From Deltaproteobacteria bacterium (GTDB lineage Bacteria > SAR324 > NAC60-12), in NCBI GenBank assembly GCA_038150265.1, contig JAYOTF010000015.1:26614-71172 (forward strand): 44,559 nucleotides of DNA. Reading direction: 5' to 3'. The position numbers and the translations under genes are program-made. Positions 29,189 through 38,480 of this stretch are shown here, one piece after another (the first letter of the stretch is position 1; every line of letters begins with the position of its first letter). The notes beneath the pieces are model-generated. The model did no database searches. It was not told the DNA's origin and saw nothing but the letters and a program-made list of their open reading frames with translations.

Positions 29189-30637
29189 ATGATTTGGAAA
29201 AGCCGGCTCGGGTGGAAGCTCTTCAGCGTCTTGCTGGTGAACGCGTTGGTCGTCATTGGCGTGATGGCTGGGGCCTTTCAGCTGAGCATCTCTCAGGATT
29301 TTGAAAACCTGGTCCGCGAACAGGCCCAGGATCGTCTGGAGCAGCTGGCCCGGACCCTGGGGCAGGCTTATCGTGTGGAAGGCAGCTGGGACCAGGTCCT
29401 TCGGCGTCCGGAACTCCGGGGGCTCTTCATGATGATGCCTGCGCCTCCCAATCGTTACGGCAGGAGCGACTCGAACGATGACGATCATGAGGATGATGAC
29501 CACGAGGACTCGAAGGATTACAAAGACCGGAACCGCCGCCGCCTGCGTCCACCTCCGAAGGTGATGCACATCAGCCTGTTTGACACCCAGGACCATTTGC
29601 TGATGGGACCGCTGCTTCCCGACGAGTCCCTGTCGGTTCCGATCAGGGCTGAGGGGCAAGAGGTCGGGCGGCTGGCGGCTTCGATTCGCCTGCGAGGGGC
29701 CGATTCGCGAGAGGGGCTTTTCCTGGAGCGGCAGGTGCTGCTGATGTGGATCCTCGCCGGGTCCATGGGCGTGATGGCGTTGCTGGTCGCCTTTGGGCTT
29801 TCGGCCTACCTGCTGCGTCCCATCCGGAGCCTGGCTGCAGGCACCCGAGCCATTGCGGAGCGACGGTTCACCACCCGCATTTCTCCCTACAGCAAGGATG
29901 AGTTGGGGCAACTGGCTGAGGACTTCAATGCCATGGCTGCCGACCTGGAAGCCTTTGAGGAGGAGCGGCGTCGCTGGATTGCCGACACCTCTCATGAGCT
30001 GGCGACACCGCTGGCGGTGCTCCGTGGTGAGATTGAAGCGCTCCAGGATGGGATCCGGCAACCGACTCCGGAACGCCTGACCTCGCTCCATCACGAGGTG
30101 CTTCACCTCTCTCGCCTGGTCGATGATCTGAAGCTGATCAGCCGTGCCGAAGCCGGGCGTCTGGAGCTGAACCGACGGTCCCTTGACCTGAGCACGCTGC
30201 TGGAAGAAACAGCCCAGCGCTTTCAGGGACGTTTGCAGCAGAAGGGACTGGAGCTGAAGCTGGAGACAGCCCCGGAGTTGTGGATTCAGGGAGACGCCGA
30301 GCGGCTGGAGCAAGTGCTGGGGAACCTGCTGGAGAACGTGCTGCGCTATGCGGATGCTCCGGGAACCGTCCGCCTGAGCGGTGAGGCCTCCGGAGGACAG
30401 GTCTACTGCCGCGTGGAGGATTCGGGCCCAGGTGTTCCGGAAGCATTGCTGGAGAAGCTGTTTGACCGCTTCTTCCGTGCAGAAGGTTCCCGCAACCGCG
30501 CCACGGGAGGCAGCGGGTTGGGGCTGGCAATCTGCAAGAATCTGATTGAGGCCCATGGGGGCCGCATCTCGGCTCAACCGTCCTCATTGGGAGGACTGTG
30601 TCTTGAAATTCAACTGCCTCCGGAGCAACAGGGATGA
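29189..30637 (+). CDS. BaeS-like sensor histidine kinase (2 TM, HAMP, HisKA, HATPase)
   Basis: DELGQLAEDFN (HAMP), SHELATPLAVLRGEIEALQDG (H-box), NLLENVLRY, DSGPG, FDRFFR and GGSGLGLAI. Confidence 0.93.
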   Translation: MIWKSRLGWKLFSVLLVNALVVIGVMAGAFQLSISQDFENLVREQAQDRLEQLARTLGQAYRVEGSWDQVLRRPELRGLFMMMPAPPNRYGRSDSNDDDHEDDDHEDSKDYKDRNRRRLRPPPKVMHISLFDTQDHLLMGPLLPDESLSVPIRAEGQEVGRLAASIRLRGADSREGLFLERQVLLMWILAGSMGVMALLVAFGLSAYLLRPIRSLAAGTRAIAERRFTTRISPYSKDELGQLAEDFNAMAADLEAFEEERRRWIADTSHELATPLAVLRGEIEALQDGIRQPTPERLTSLHHEVLHLSRLVDDLKLISRAEAGRLELNRRSLDLSTLLEETAQRFQGRLQQKGLELKLETAPELWIQGDAERLEQVLGNLLENVLRYADAPGTVRLSGEASGGQVYCRVEDSGPGVPEALLEKLFDRFFRAEGSRNRATGGSGLGLAICKNLIEAHGGRISAQPSSLGGLCLEIQLPPEQQG

Positions 30638-31317
30638 CAACGGGAACCATTTTAATTGTTGAGGATGAGGTCAAACTGGCGGAGCTGCTCCGGGATTACC
30701 TGCAGGCCTCCGGGTTTGAAACGGAACTGCTGCACCGGGGCGATGGGGTGGTGGAGCAGGTCCGCCAGCGGGAGCCTGACGCCATGCTGCTGGACCTGAT
30801 GCTTCCGGGCATGGACGGTACTGAAATCTGTCGGGAGGTCCGTAAGTTCTCTCAGGTGCCGATCCTCATGGTGACGGCCAAGACGGAGGAGATCGACCGC
30901 TTGCTGGGGCTGGAACTGGGCGCCGACGACTACATCAGCAAGCCCTTCAGTCCGCGCGAGGTGGTGGCCCGGGTCAAGGCGGTTCTGCGCCGGGCGCGTC
31001 TTCCACAAACGGAAGGCCCCCTGCTCAAGGCGGGGCCGCTGATCCTCAATCCCGAGACGCGCCTCGTCCATGTGGGCGAGACCGCCCTGGACCTCACCCC
31101 CACTGAATTTGGACTCCTCAAGGCCTTCCTGCATCGTCCGGAACGCGTCTTCTCGCGAGACGAACTCCTCAATCAGGTTCAGGGCTACGACTTTGCCGGG
31201 TACGACCGGACCATTGACACCCACATCAAGAACCTCCGCAAGAAACTCATGCCCTTTGAGTTGGACCGCTGCATCGGCTCCGTCTATGGCGTCGGCTATC
31301 GGTTCTCCCTGCCCTGA
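30634..31317 (+). CDS. BaeR-like OmpR-family response regulator
   Basis: IVEDE, LDLMLPGMDG, GADDYISKPFSPREV and winged helix DRTIDTHIKNLRKKL...GVGYRF; ATGA overlap with the kinase. Confidence 0.94.
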   Translation: MTTGTILIVEDEVKLAELLRDYLQASGFETELLHRGDGVVEQVRQREPDAMLLDLMLPGMDGTEICREVRKFSQVPILMVTAKTEEIDRLLGLELGADDYISKPFSPREVVARVKAVLRRARLPQTEGPLLKAGPLILNPETRLVHVGETALDLTPTEFGLLKAFLHRPERVFSRDELLNQVQGYDFAGYDRTIDTHIKNLRKKLMPFELDRCIGSVYGVGYRFSLP

Positions 31318-31327
31318 AAAAAACGCC

Positions 31328-31381
31328 TCCACATTCATCCCAGATTCCCTTCAAAATCCCTCCACATTCCCTCGTTATTCT
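31328..31381 (+). promoter_or_regulatory. Four tandem 11-bp direct repeats plus -10 (putative response-regulator site)
   Basis: TCCACATTCAT, CCCAGATTCCC, TTCAAAATCCC and TCCACATTCCC (31328-31371), then 4 nt, then TATTCT. Confidence 0.7.
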
Positions 31382-31464
31382 GGAATCAAGTTGAGCGGGC
31401 AATCGCTCACCACAAGCGAGCGATGCTGCTCCTGAATGCTTTCCAACTCACCCAAAGAGGGATT

Positions 31465-32082
31465 ATGAAAAAGTCAACGAAATGGATCATGACTGCACTC
31501 GTCGGCACCGGACTCATTGCCGGAACGGCACTGGCTCACCGCGGTGGCTATGGCGACCGGGACGGAAGCCGAGACGGCTACAACGGCAGCCGCATGGAAG
31601 AACGCTGGGACCGCGGAGATCGTCGGGATCGCCGTGGCGGGATGGGACTGGCCGCAAGGGACGAAGTTGCCCTGGACATGCGCCGGCTCTTCCAGAAGGA
31701 CATGGACACCAACCGAGTGGCCGCGCTGGCAGAAATCAGCGGCAAGTCCGAAAGTGAGGTCAGCACCCTGCTGCAGAATCGCTCCATGGGCATGGTGCTG
31801 CGCGAGCTGAACGTCACGCCGCAGCAGCTGCAGCCGGTGCTGCATGCGAAGATGGTCATGTCGGTCTACCAGGCGGTCGAAGAGCAACGCATCACCCAGG
31901 AAGAAGCGGACCGGATGTATGCCATGATGAGTGCCGGACCGCAAGGAGGACGCCCTGCGCCTCGTGGACAGGGGGCCAACCGCAACTGGGACAACGACGA
32001 TGACGATTATGGCACCTACCGCGGTGGCCCGGGCCTGAACCGGACCGCTCCGCCTGCTGATGCCCCCGATTCCACCAACTAA
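31465..32082 (+). CDS. Exported hypothetical protein A (helical domain flanked by R/G/D-rich disordered arms)
   Basis: Sec signal MKKSTKW...ALA; Met-rich core paralogous to the next gene; SD AAAGAGG. Confidence 0.8.
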   Translation: MKKSTKWIMTALVGTGLIAGTALAHRGGYGDRDGSRDGYNGSRMEERWDRGDRRDRRGGMGLAARDEVALDMRRLFQKDMDTNRVAALAEISGKSESEVSTLLQNRSMGMVLRELNVTPQQLQPVLHAKMVMSVYQAVEEQRITQEEADRMYAMMSAGPQGGRPAPRGQGANRNWDNDDDDYGTYRGGPGLNRTAPPADAPDSTN

Positions 32083-32087
32083 GCTCC

Positions 32088-32113
32088 TCCGAGGAGGCCC
32101 CGGCTTCCTCGGA
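32088..32113 (+). terminator. Hairpin between proteins A and B
   Basis: TCCGAGGAGGCC-CC-GGCTTCCTCGGA inverted repeat right after the stop. Confidence 0.55.
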
Positions 32114-32206
32114 AACGTCCTGTTCATTTTTTGAAAAATCCAACGGGGTCCGTCTCAAGGGAGTATGAACTCCTTTGAGAAACCCAACCCGCTCCAGAGA
32201 TCCAAA

Positions 32207-32647
32207 ATGAAAAAAGCCACCCCCCTGAGTACCCTGTTTGCCGCCCTGCTGACCTCCGCTGTCTTGACCGGAAGTGCCTGGGCCGGAACCCTCCCCGCTG
32301 CCTCCCCGGCGGCGCCTTCCCCCCAGCAGACTGTGCTGGCAGAGGTGGGACGAACCTTCCATGGCGAGGTGCTGCAGAATCAGGCCGCTGTGTTGGCTGA
32401 GATGAGCGGGAAGCCGCTGGACGTGGTGCAGAATGAACTGGCCCACCGTCCGCTGGTGCAACTCATCCGCAACTACGAGCTGAACCCCCGGAACGTGGCC
32501 ACGCGGTTTCAGGCCCGGATGATTGAGACGGTGATGAAGGGGCTGCAAGACCGCCGGGTTTCAAAGGCTGAAGCTGAGGCCATGTACACGGCTCTGCAAC
32601 AGGCTCAGGCTCAAAGCCCGTACGGTTTGCTGCTGAAGCTGATCTGA
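32207..32647 (+). CDS. Exported hypothetical protein B, paralog of A (alternative start 32165)
   Basis: Sec signal MKKATPL...AWA; 23/82 identities to protein A without gaps by hand alignment. Confidence 0.78.
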   Translation: MKKATPLSTLFAALLTSAVLTGSAWAGTLPAASPAAPSPQQTVLAEVGRTFHGEVLQNQAAVLAEMSGKPLDVVQNELAHRPLVQLIRNYELNPRNVATRFQARMIETVMKGLQDRRVSKAEAEAMYTALQQAQAQSPYGLLLKLI

Positions 32648-32658
32648 GGAAAGCAAGA

Positions 32659-32684
32659 CGGTCCGCCTCGGTGGAGACGGACCG
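32659..32684. terminator. Hairpin between the convergent protein B and FadL genes
   Basis: CGGTCCG-C-CTC-GGTG-GAG-A-CGGACCG. Confidence 0.55.
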
Positions 32685-32692
32685 GAAGGGAT

Positions 32693-33937
32693 TTAGAAGT
32701 TGTACCCGGCGCTCAGCTGAAGCACATTGGCTGAACCCGAATACTTCCCGGTCAGGTCCGGATTGCTGTCGGTTTCACTGGGCAAGAAGGTACTGTTGAC
32801 GTAAGCCACATCCACTTCCAACTCACCGGCCTTGTATCCGGCTCCCAGGTACAGGCTGTTCCGTCCCTTGCCATCCGGAGTCGTTGGCCCGAGCGTTTTT
32901 GCAGGAATCGGGCTGGCGGTCTTGTAGTAGCCGCCCCGAATCTTCACGGTATCCATCAGGCTGTAGAACCCTCCTACCTTGTAATCAGTCGTGTTGCTCC
33001 ACTGCTGATCAATCACCGTTTGCCCGGTTCCCGGGAGCCCCTGGTCATACTTGATGACAATCTTGTCATACGCCATCCACCCGGACTGCAACAGGCCGAA
33101 CTCCACGGCATACGCTCCGGCGGTGTAGCCGTCTCCGGAGTCAAAGGATTTGATGGAAGCACCAAACTCCAGCAGATCCGGGTACTTCAGGTTAACGGAG
33201 ATATCGCCGTCCGGGAACATGGAGGTGTAGGCTGCAGGTGCCTGTGACGTGTCAAACTGAGCCTTCCCCTTGCCGGGAATGGTGAACCCCGAGTTGTAGT
33301 TGACCGCGACGGCCCAACTGCCCTTGTCATAGAGCATGGAGCCGTTGACCCCCATGGTGCTGCCCTTGCCCCCCAAGGTGGCCTTGAAGCTGTCAGTCCC
33401 GTTGTAGACGACCTGGCGCTCCAGCAAGACACTGGCCGCAATGAAGTTGACTCCGCCTCCGTAGGAAAAATCACCGCTTTGCTTGGCAAAGACGAGGGGC
33501 TGGTTGATCGTGGCGAGGCGGAGTTTGGTCAGCACGTCTCGTCCAGCCCAGTCTTCTGGCCACTCAATGGAGGAGTTGAAGGGGAAGTAGATGCCGGTGC
33601 CAGCGGCCCAGTCTCCATAGTTGTGCATCAGGTAGAGGTGCGGCACCAGCGCAGCGGAGTGTGTGGTGTCAGCGGCATTGTTGCCGTCGAGGTCCTCGTA
33701 GCTGAACTTGGTTTGGTACTGCCCAACCCCCCCGTAAAAGTGGTTGCCGGTTTCGAGTTTGACCATCGCCGCCGGGTTTTGCGCGACCAGCCCGGCATTG
33801 TCAAAAAAGGTCAGGCCCGTTTGCCCCTGTCCGGTGTAGGATGCGCCAGATTGTCCGGTGTGGAAACCGGCGGCAAAGGTCGTTGAGGCAAGCGCCGCAC
33901 AGGAGAATGCGGCGAATAGGGTACGAATCGCTTTCAT
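32693..33937 (-). CDS. FadL/OmpP1/TodX-family outer-membrane hydrophobic-compound channel
   Basis: Signal peptide, mature start AGF, NPAAM hatch motif, beta-strand pattern and C-terminal YNF; SD AAGGAG. Confidence 0.88.
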   Translation of the reverse strand: MKAIRTLFAAFSCAALASTTFAAGFHTGQSGASYTGQGQTGLTFFDNAGLVAQNPAAMVKLETGNHFYGGVGQYQTKFSYEDLDGNNAADTTHSAALVPHLYLMHNYGDWAAGTGIYFPFNSSIEWPEDWAGRDVLTKLRLATINQPLVFAKQSGDFSYGGGVNFIAASVLLERQVVYNGTDSFKATLGGKGSTMGVNGSMLYDKGSWAVAVNYNSGFTIPGKGKAQFDTSQAPAAYTSMFPDGDISVNLKYPDLLEFGASIKSFDSGDGYTAGAYAVEFGLLQSGWMAYDKIVIKYDQGLPGTGQTVIDQQWSNTTDYKVGGFYSLMDTVKIRGGYYKTASPIPAKTLGPTTPDGKGRNSLYLGAGYKAGELEVDVAYVNSTFLPSETDSNPDLTGKYSGSANVLQLSAGYNF

Positions 33938-33950
33938 GTCATTCTCCTTA

Positions 33951-36155
33951 TCAGTTGGAACAGGTGAGTGGGGCGATGGTCGCTGCCGGATTAGGAATCT
34001 TCCCCATGGCAAGGAAGCAAGCCGCCTGAAGCTGGCCCTGCTGAGTGGCTGTTGTGGCTCCATCCAGCAGGAATCCGTGCCCGGGCGTCCCTCCCGTATA
34101 GTTTGCCGTTTTTAAAGTCCAGCGAGTTCGCGGATTGCTGGAATTGTCGGTGGCGTTATCTCCGTCCTCCAGGTTGGTCACGCCCATTGCCTGAGCGAGC
34201 AGAGCCGTGTTGTTGTTCGGAACCACCGTGTCGCCTTCCATCTCCTGGATCAGCACCTGTGCCGGGTATGTTGTATTGGCCCTGTAAAGCGGATCCACCG
34301 AGCCAGCAAACGTGGCGTGAGAAGCCAATAAATCGACACCAAGCAGTGTGGTGTTCAGCGCATATTCTCCGGCCTTGGTGCTGGTGTCATAGCCATAAGT
34401 CTCGGCGACTTTGTCCCTGATGACACTTCCAAACGCCCCGTTGAGAATGATGTCACTCAGGTCACCTCCAGGGACGTTGAGGACAAACTTGTTTGCTGGA
34501 AATGTACTAGGGCCGACAGCTGCGAGATTCGACCCGATGATTCCTCCGAGGGAGACCCCCAAAAAGTTGATGGTGCTTGTGGTAGGTTGCATGCCAACGG
34601 CAGCGATCATCTCCGGATTGGCTTGCAGCAACACGTTCAAGCGAGTCAAGTCTGCCTGAGTCTGGATCATGTACCCCACTGTGAGGGTGGGGTTGTCCGG
34701 ACGCATGAAGAGGCCCCCGGAGTCGGCATAGCTCTGCGCCATCGTGTTTTCAAGAGTCCCATTGGCGTTTGCATCTTCATAGGCCCGCTCGCCATGGCCC
34801 CAGATGTCAACGGCAACGGTGGTCATACCATAACCAGCGAGGGTGTTGGCAACGGCGAAGACAGTGTCTTTGTTGCTGGTGATGCCATGCTGGTAGATCA
34901 CGACTTGGGTGGAGGAGGCAGGTTTGAAGACCCAGACTCCGATCTTTCCCGTCATGCCGGTGACGCTATTGGGACAGTCACTCCCCGGGCTTGCCGCTCG
35001 GCCTGCAAGATCAAGCGTCCAGGTCGTCGCGCTCGTTGAGTTATCCAAAAAATTCAGACAAGGCACATAACCCTTGTACACCTTGTCAATGTTGTCCATG
35101 GGGACCGTGAGACCGGCTGCGGTCAGAACGGTCTGCAACGTGGCCTTCAAATCGGCTCCTGCCACACTGGTGTTGTCGGTAGCTGGTGTAGCAGCGACTC
35201 CTTGCGCGTAGGCCCCGAAGGTGGTGGCACTCTCCCAAACGGGATCAGCTTGAAAAGCAGTGGTGGTGTTACCAATGTTTCCTGCCATCGCAGTCAGTAG
35301 TGACTGAGTCGCTGTTTGGATTGCAGAACTGGCCGGCTCTTCCGTGGTGAAGGTGTAGAGAATGGCGAGATCGGTGTAATCCGAAATCACACTGTTGGCT
35401 TGGAGAGCCGCAACAAGACCGCCGTTGTACTGACTCCGAACGCCTTCCAGAGCCGTCGCGCTGGCCAGTCCCCCATCGCTTTCAGCCTTGTACTTCTCAC
35501 GGATGAGGGTGTTGACGATCTTGCCGTTTTCCACGATCTTGTTGGGCCCCATCAGAAGCTCTCCGAGGATATCGGCCTCAAGGTCATCTCCGTTGGCGTC
35601 TGTCAGGGCCTTCTTGATGGCGACCACATAGGTCTTGTTACCAGAGAAGGTGCTGCTTCCCGGAACCAGAACGAGGTCATGATTGGAGTCCTGGTAAACG
35701 GCCTTGAAGGTGCCACCGGTTACGCTGCCTCCCGCGAAGTCTTGGGTGGGCCAGGGACGAACGATTGCGCTAGCGTTATCGCTAGGGAAAATCAGGATGT
35801 TTTGGGCGTACTTGGCCATGTTGGTGGCATTGATGCTGCCATTGTCCTGGTACAGGCTGGGCAGCGCCCCACTGAAGGGAATGCGCAACGGCATGGAGGT
35901 TGAGGTCCCCGTCAATTCCGAAGCACCAGCGCTGCTAAGCGATTGGTTGACGGTGTTTAGGATGAGGTCGTTGGGTTGCGGAACCCGTCCAGCGTCTGTG
36001 CTGAACTGGGCAACGGTGACCGAAGACGTCTCTTCTCCTGCCGTGATGGAGGGAGTGGGGTCGGAGCTGGCCGAATCGAGGATCTGGTCGGCACATCCTC
36101 CCAAACCCAGCAGAAGAGTCAGGAAAAAGGATATTTGCCAATGACGGTGCTTCAT
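33951..36155 (-). CDS. Lipoprotein lipase/phospholipase (Pla-1/Cef/VolA-like alpha/beta hydrolase)
   Basis: Lipobox LGG-C; IYQHGIT, DIWGHG, GVSLGG (Ser), GDTVVPN (Asp) and GHGFLL (His); co-transcribed with the FadL gene. Confidence 0.8.
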   Translation of the reverse strand: MKHRHWQISFFLTLLLGLGGCADQILDSASSDPTPSITAGEETSSVTVAQFSTDAGRVPQPNDLILNTVNQSLSSAGASELTGTSTSMPLRIPFSGALPSLYQDNGSINATNMAKYAQNILIFPSDNASAIVRPWPTQDFAGGSVTGGTFKAVYQDSNHDLVLVPGSSTFSGNKTYVVAIKKALTDANGDDLEADILGELLMGPNKIVENGKIVNTLIREKYKAESDGGLASATALEGVRSQYNGGLVAALQANSVISDYTDLAILYTFTTEEPASSAIQTATQSLLTAMAGNIGNTTTAFQADPVWESATTFGAYAQGVAATPATDNTSVAGADLKATLQTVLTAAGLTVPMDNIDKVYKGYVPCLNFLDNSTSATTWTLDLAGRAASPGSDCPNSVTGMTGKIGVWVFKPASSTQVVIYQHGITSNKDTVFAVANTLAGYGMTTVAVDIWGHGERAYEDANANGTLENTMAQSYADSGGLFMRPDNPTLTVGYMIQTQADLTRLNVLLQANPEMIAAVGMQPTTSTINFLGVSLGGIIGSNLAAVGPSTFPANKFVLNVPGGDLSDIILNGAFGSVIRDKVAETYGYDTSTKAGEYALNTTLLGVDLLASHATFAGSVDPLYRANTTYPAQVLIQEMEGDTVVPNNNTALLAQAMGVTNLEDGDNATDNSSNPRTRWTLKTANYTGGTPGHGFLLDGATTATQQGQLQAACFLAMGKIPNPAATIAPLTCSN

Positions 36156-36233
36156 GGGGAACCTCCTTGAAGTGAAAGACAGACAAGCCCTTGCCTCCTC
36201 CGGAGAAGCGGCAAAGTCTGCGGGAATGATGCA

Positions 36234-36265
36234 TCAATGCTGAGTGCATTGAAACGGCTTGTCAA
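36234..36265 (-). promoter_or_regulatory. Putative promoter and palindromic operator of the lipase-fadL operon
   Basis: Minus-strand TTGACA (36265-36260), 17 nt, CAGCAT; overlapped by TCAATGC-N5-GCATTGA (36234-36252). Confidence 0.5.
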
Positions 36266-36334
36266 CCGCTTTTTATGAAGGAACCGGAGGTGATTTGAGG
36301 GGAGGGCGGCCGGAGTTTCGAGACGGGCTGGTGT

Positions 36335-37132
36335 TCAGGGGCGTGGCTCCGGACGTTGCTGGCGGATCCAGTCGTGCCAGGCGTCGAGCCCCTCGCCGGT
36401 TCGGGCAGATACTCGGAAAATTTGCAGGTCCGGATTCACCTGCCGGGCAAAGGCTTCGCACTGTTCCGGGTCAAAATCGACATACGGAAGGAGGTCGACC
36501 TTATTGAGGAGCATCACGGAGGCGGCCTGGAACATGTGCGGGTACTTGAGGGGCTTGTCTTCGCCTTCAGTGACGGACAGGATGGCGACCTTGGCCGCCT
36601 CTCCCAAGTCAAACAGCGCCGGGCAGACGAGGTTCCCGACGTTTTCCACAAAGAGCACCGATGCTTCCGGAAGCGCCAGCTGCTCGACCCCCTGCCAGAC
36701 CATCTGGGCCTCCAGGTGGCAGCCGGTCCCGGTGTTGACCTGAACCGCGGGGCATCCCGTCTGGTGAATGCGCTCAGCGTCATGCTGCGTGGCCTGATCC
36801 CCTTCAATGACAGCAAGGGGGAACTCCGGACGCAGCGTCTGCAGCGTGGACTCAAGCAGCGCCGTTTTTCCGGAACCCGGCGAGCTGACGAGGTTCAGAG
36901 CGAGAATGCGGTGCTGAGCAAACCAGTCTCGGTTGCGTCGTGCAAGTTGGTCATTGAAGGCCAGCAGGTTCTCTTCCAGGTGCAGGACCTCATGCTGGGC
37001 GCCCGCTGTGGATTCCGGAGGCGGTAGCGGAGCGGGCGCTTCCGGGGTGAGCTGAGAAACGGCTCCCAGGCGTTGGGGGAGGTGGGTGAGGGTGACAACG
37101 GCTCCAGAGGAGCAACCGCAGGTGGTACACAT
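36335..37132 (-). CDS. hypB: Hydrogenase nickel-insertion GTPase HypB
   Basis: N-terminal [39 protein letters not shown] and NKVD; TGATG overlap with hypA. Confidence 0.96.
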   Translation of the reverse strand: MCTTCGCSSGAVVTLTHLPQRLGAVSQLTPEAPAPLPPPESTAGAQHEVLHLEENLLAFNDQLARRNRDWFAQHRILALNLVSSPGSGKTALLESTLQTLRPEFPLAVIEGDQATQHDAERIHQTGCPAVQVNTGTGCHLEAQMVWQGVEQLALPEASVLFVENVGNLVCPALFDLGEAAKVAILSVTEGEDKPLKYPHMFQAASVMLLNKVDLLPYVDFDPEQCEAFARQVNPDLQIFRVSARTGEGLDAWHDWIRQQRPEPRP

Positions 37133-37461
37133 CAGCGCAACTCGATTTCCTGAAGAAACAATTCGGTGCCGGCTTCCACGGTGGTTCGGAAGGAACCGCA
37201 GGCACACGACTCATAAAGGGTAGGAGCCCTGAACACGGCTCCGCAGTCCAGGCACTTCAGCTGACCCGGAGGCTCTTCAATTTCCAGAGACGCTCCTTCC
37301 AGTGCGGTTCCGGACGTACACGCGTCAAAACAGAAGCGGACGGCGTCGGCCAGTACGCCACTCAGCTGCCCAATCTGCAGCTTCACCCGTGCTACCGGAC
37401 GCCCTTGAGCGTGGGTGGCCGCCGAGGCGACGAGTTGCTCCGTGATGGCCAACTCGTGCAT
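37132..37461 (-). CDS. hypA: Hydrogenase nickel chaperone HypA
   Basis: MHELAI N-terminus; CLDC and CACGS zinc ligands. Confidence 0.95.
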   Translation of the reverse strand: MHELAITEQLVASAATHAQGRPVARVKLQIGQLSGVLADAVRFCFDACTSGTALEGASLEIEEPPGQLKCLDCGAVFRAPTLYESCACGSFRTTVEAGTELFLQEIELR

Positions 37462-37463
37462 GG

Positions 37464-38480
37464 CTAGCAGATGCGGGGGAGTTGGTCGCCCTGCAGAACG
37501 TCCAGCATCCGCTCGGCGCCAAAGGGCGTCTCCAGCACCACGGTGTTCCGGGGCATGGCTTCCACCCGTCCGACACGGCAGGCGTTTCGGCCTTCCGGAA
37601 CCTGACGCATGGCTTCCAGCACGTCTTCCGCCACCGCTTCCGGAACCACCGCCACCAGCAGGCCTTCATTGGCCAGGTAGAGCGGATCGAGGCCCAGGAG
37701 TTCGCAGACGCCTCGGACGGTTTCCCGGATCGGCAGTTGATCTTCCTCCAAACGGAGGCAAACGTGCGAGTCGCGTGCAAACTCGTTGAGCACCGTCGCC
37801 ACTCCGCCTCGGGTGGCATCTCGCAGGCAGTGCAGGTCCAGAGACGCAGCCAGCATCGCCTGCACCAGCGTGTGCAGGGGCTGGCAGTCGCTCGTTACGG
37901 GAACCTCCAGGTGCAGCTCTCCCCGGGCATCCACAATCGCTGCGCCATGATCGCCAATGAAGCCGCTGACCAGCACCACGTCTCCGGGCTGTGCCTGATA
38001 AGACGCAATGGTGAGGGAATCCGGGACCAGGCCAATGCCAGAGGTATTGATGAAGAGCCGGTCGGCCGCACCGCGTTCCACGACCTTGGTGTCTCCCGTG
38101 ACAATGCGGACCCCGGCGCGTTCTGCAGCTGCAGCCATGGACTGCACAACCTGCTCCAGCACGGCCCACTCCAGGCCCTCCTCCAGGATCAGGGCGCAGC
38201 TGAGCGCCAGCGGCGTTGCGCCACCAACGGCAAGGTCGTTGACGGTGCCGTTGACGGCGAGGGTGCCAATGTCGCCTCCGGGAAAGAAGAGGGGGTTGAC
38301 AACAAAGCTGTCGGTGGTGAAGGCGACCCGGTGCCCCGGAGGAACCGTCAGCTGTGCCTGGTCCTGCAGCCCTGGTGCTTCCGGGCGGCCGAAGGCGTTC
38401 AGCAGGACCTGGTCGATCAGCTCCTGCGTGGCGCGACCGCCGCTGCCGTGTGCGAGGGTGATCGTGGAGGAGCGAGTCAT
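37464..38480 (-). CDS. hypE: Hydrogenase maturation protein HypE
   Basis: HGSGG, FTTDSFVV, GTVNDL, GDTKVV, DATRGG and C-terminal PRIC; ATGA overlap with hypD. Confidence 0.97.
   Translation of the reverse strand: MTRSSTITLAHGSGGRATQELIDQVLLNAFGRPEAPGLQDQAQLTVPPGHRVAFTTDSFVVNPLFFPGGDIGTLAVNGTVNDLAVGGATPLALSCALILEEGLEWAVLEQVVQSMAAAAERAGVRIVTGDTKVVERGAADRLFINTSGIGLVPDSLTIASYQAQPGDVVLVSGFIGDHGAAIVDARGELHLEVPVTSDCQPLHTLVQAMLAASLDLHCLRDATRGGVATVLNEFARDSHVCLRLEEDQLPIRETVRGVCELLGLDPLYLANEGLLVAVVPEAVAEDVLEAMRQVPEGRNACRVGRVEAMPRNTVVLETPFGAERMLDVLQGDQLPRIC

Noticed and set aside
31328..31371. Tandem repeats as a CRISPR array or VNTR
   Set aside because: The units are degenerate 11-mers without spacers and there are no cas genes; a transcription-factor site fits better.
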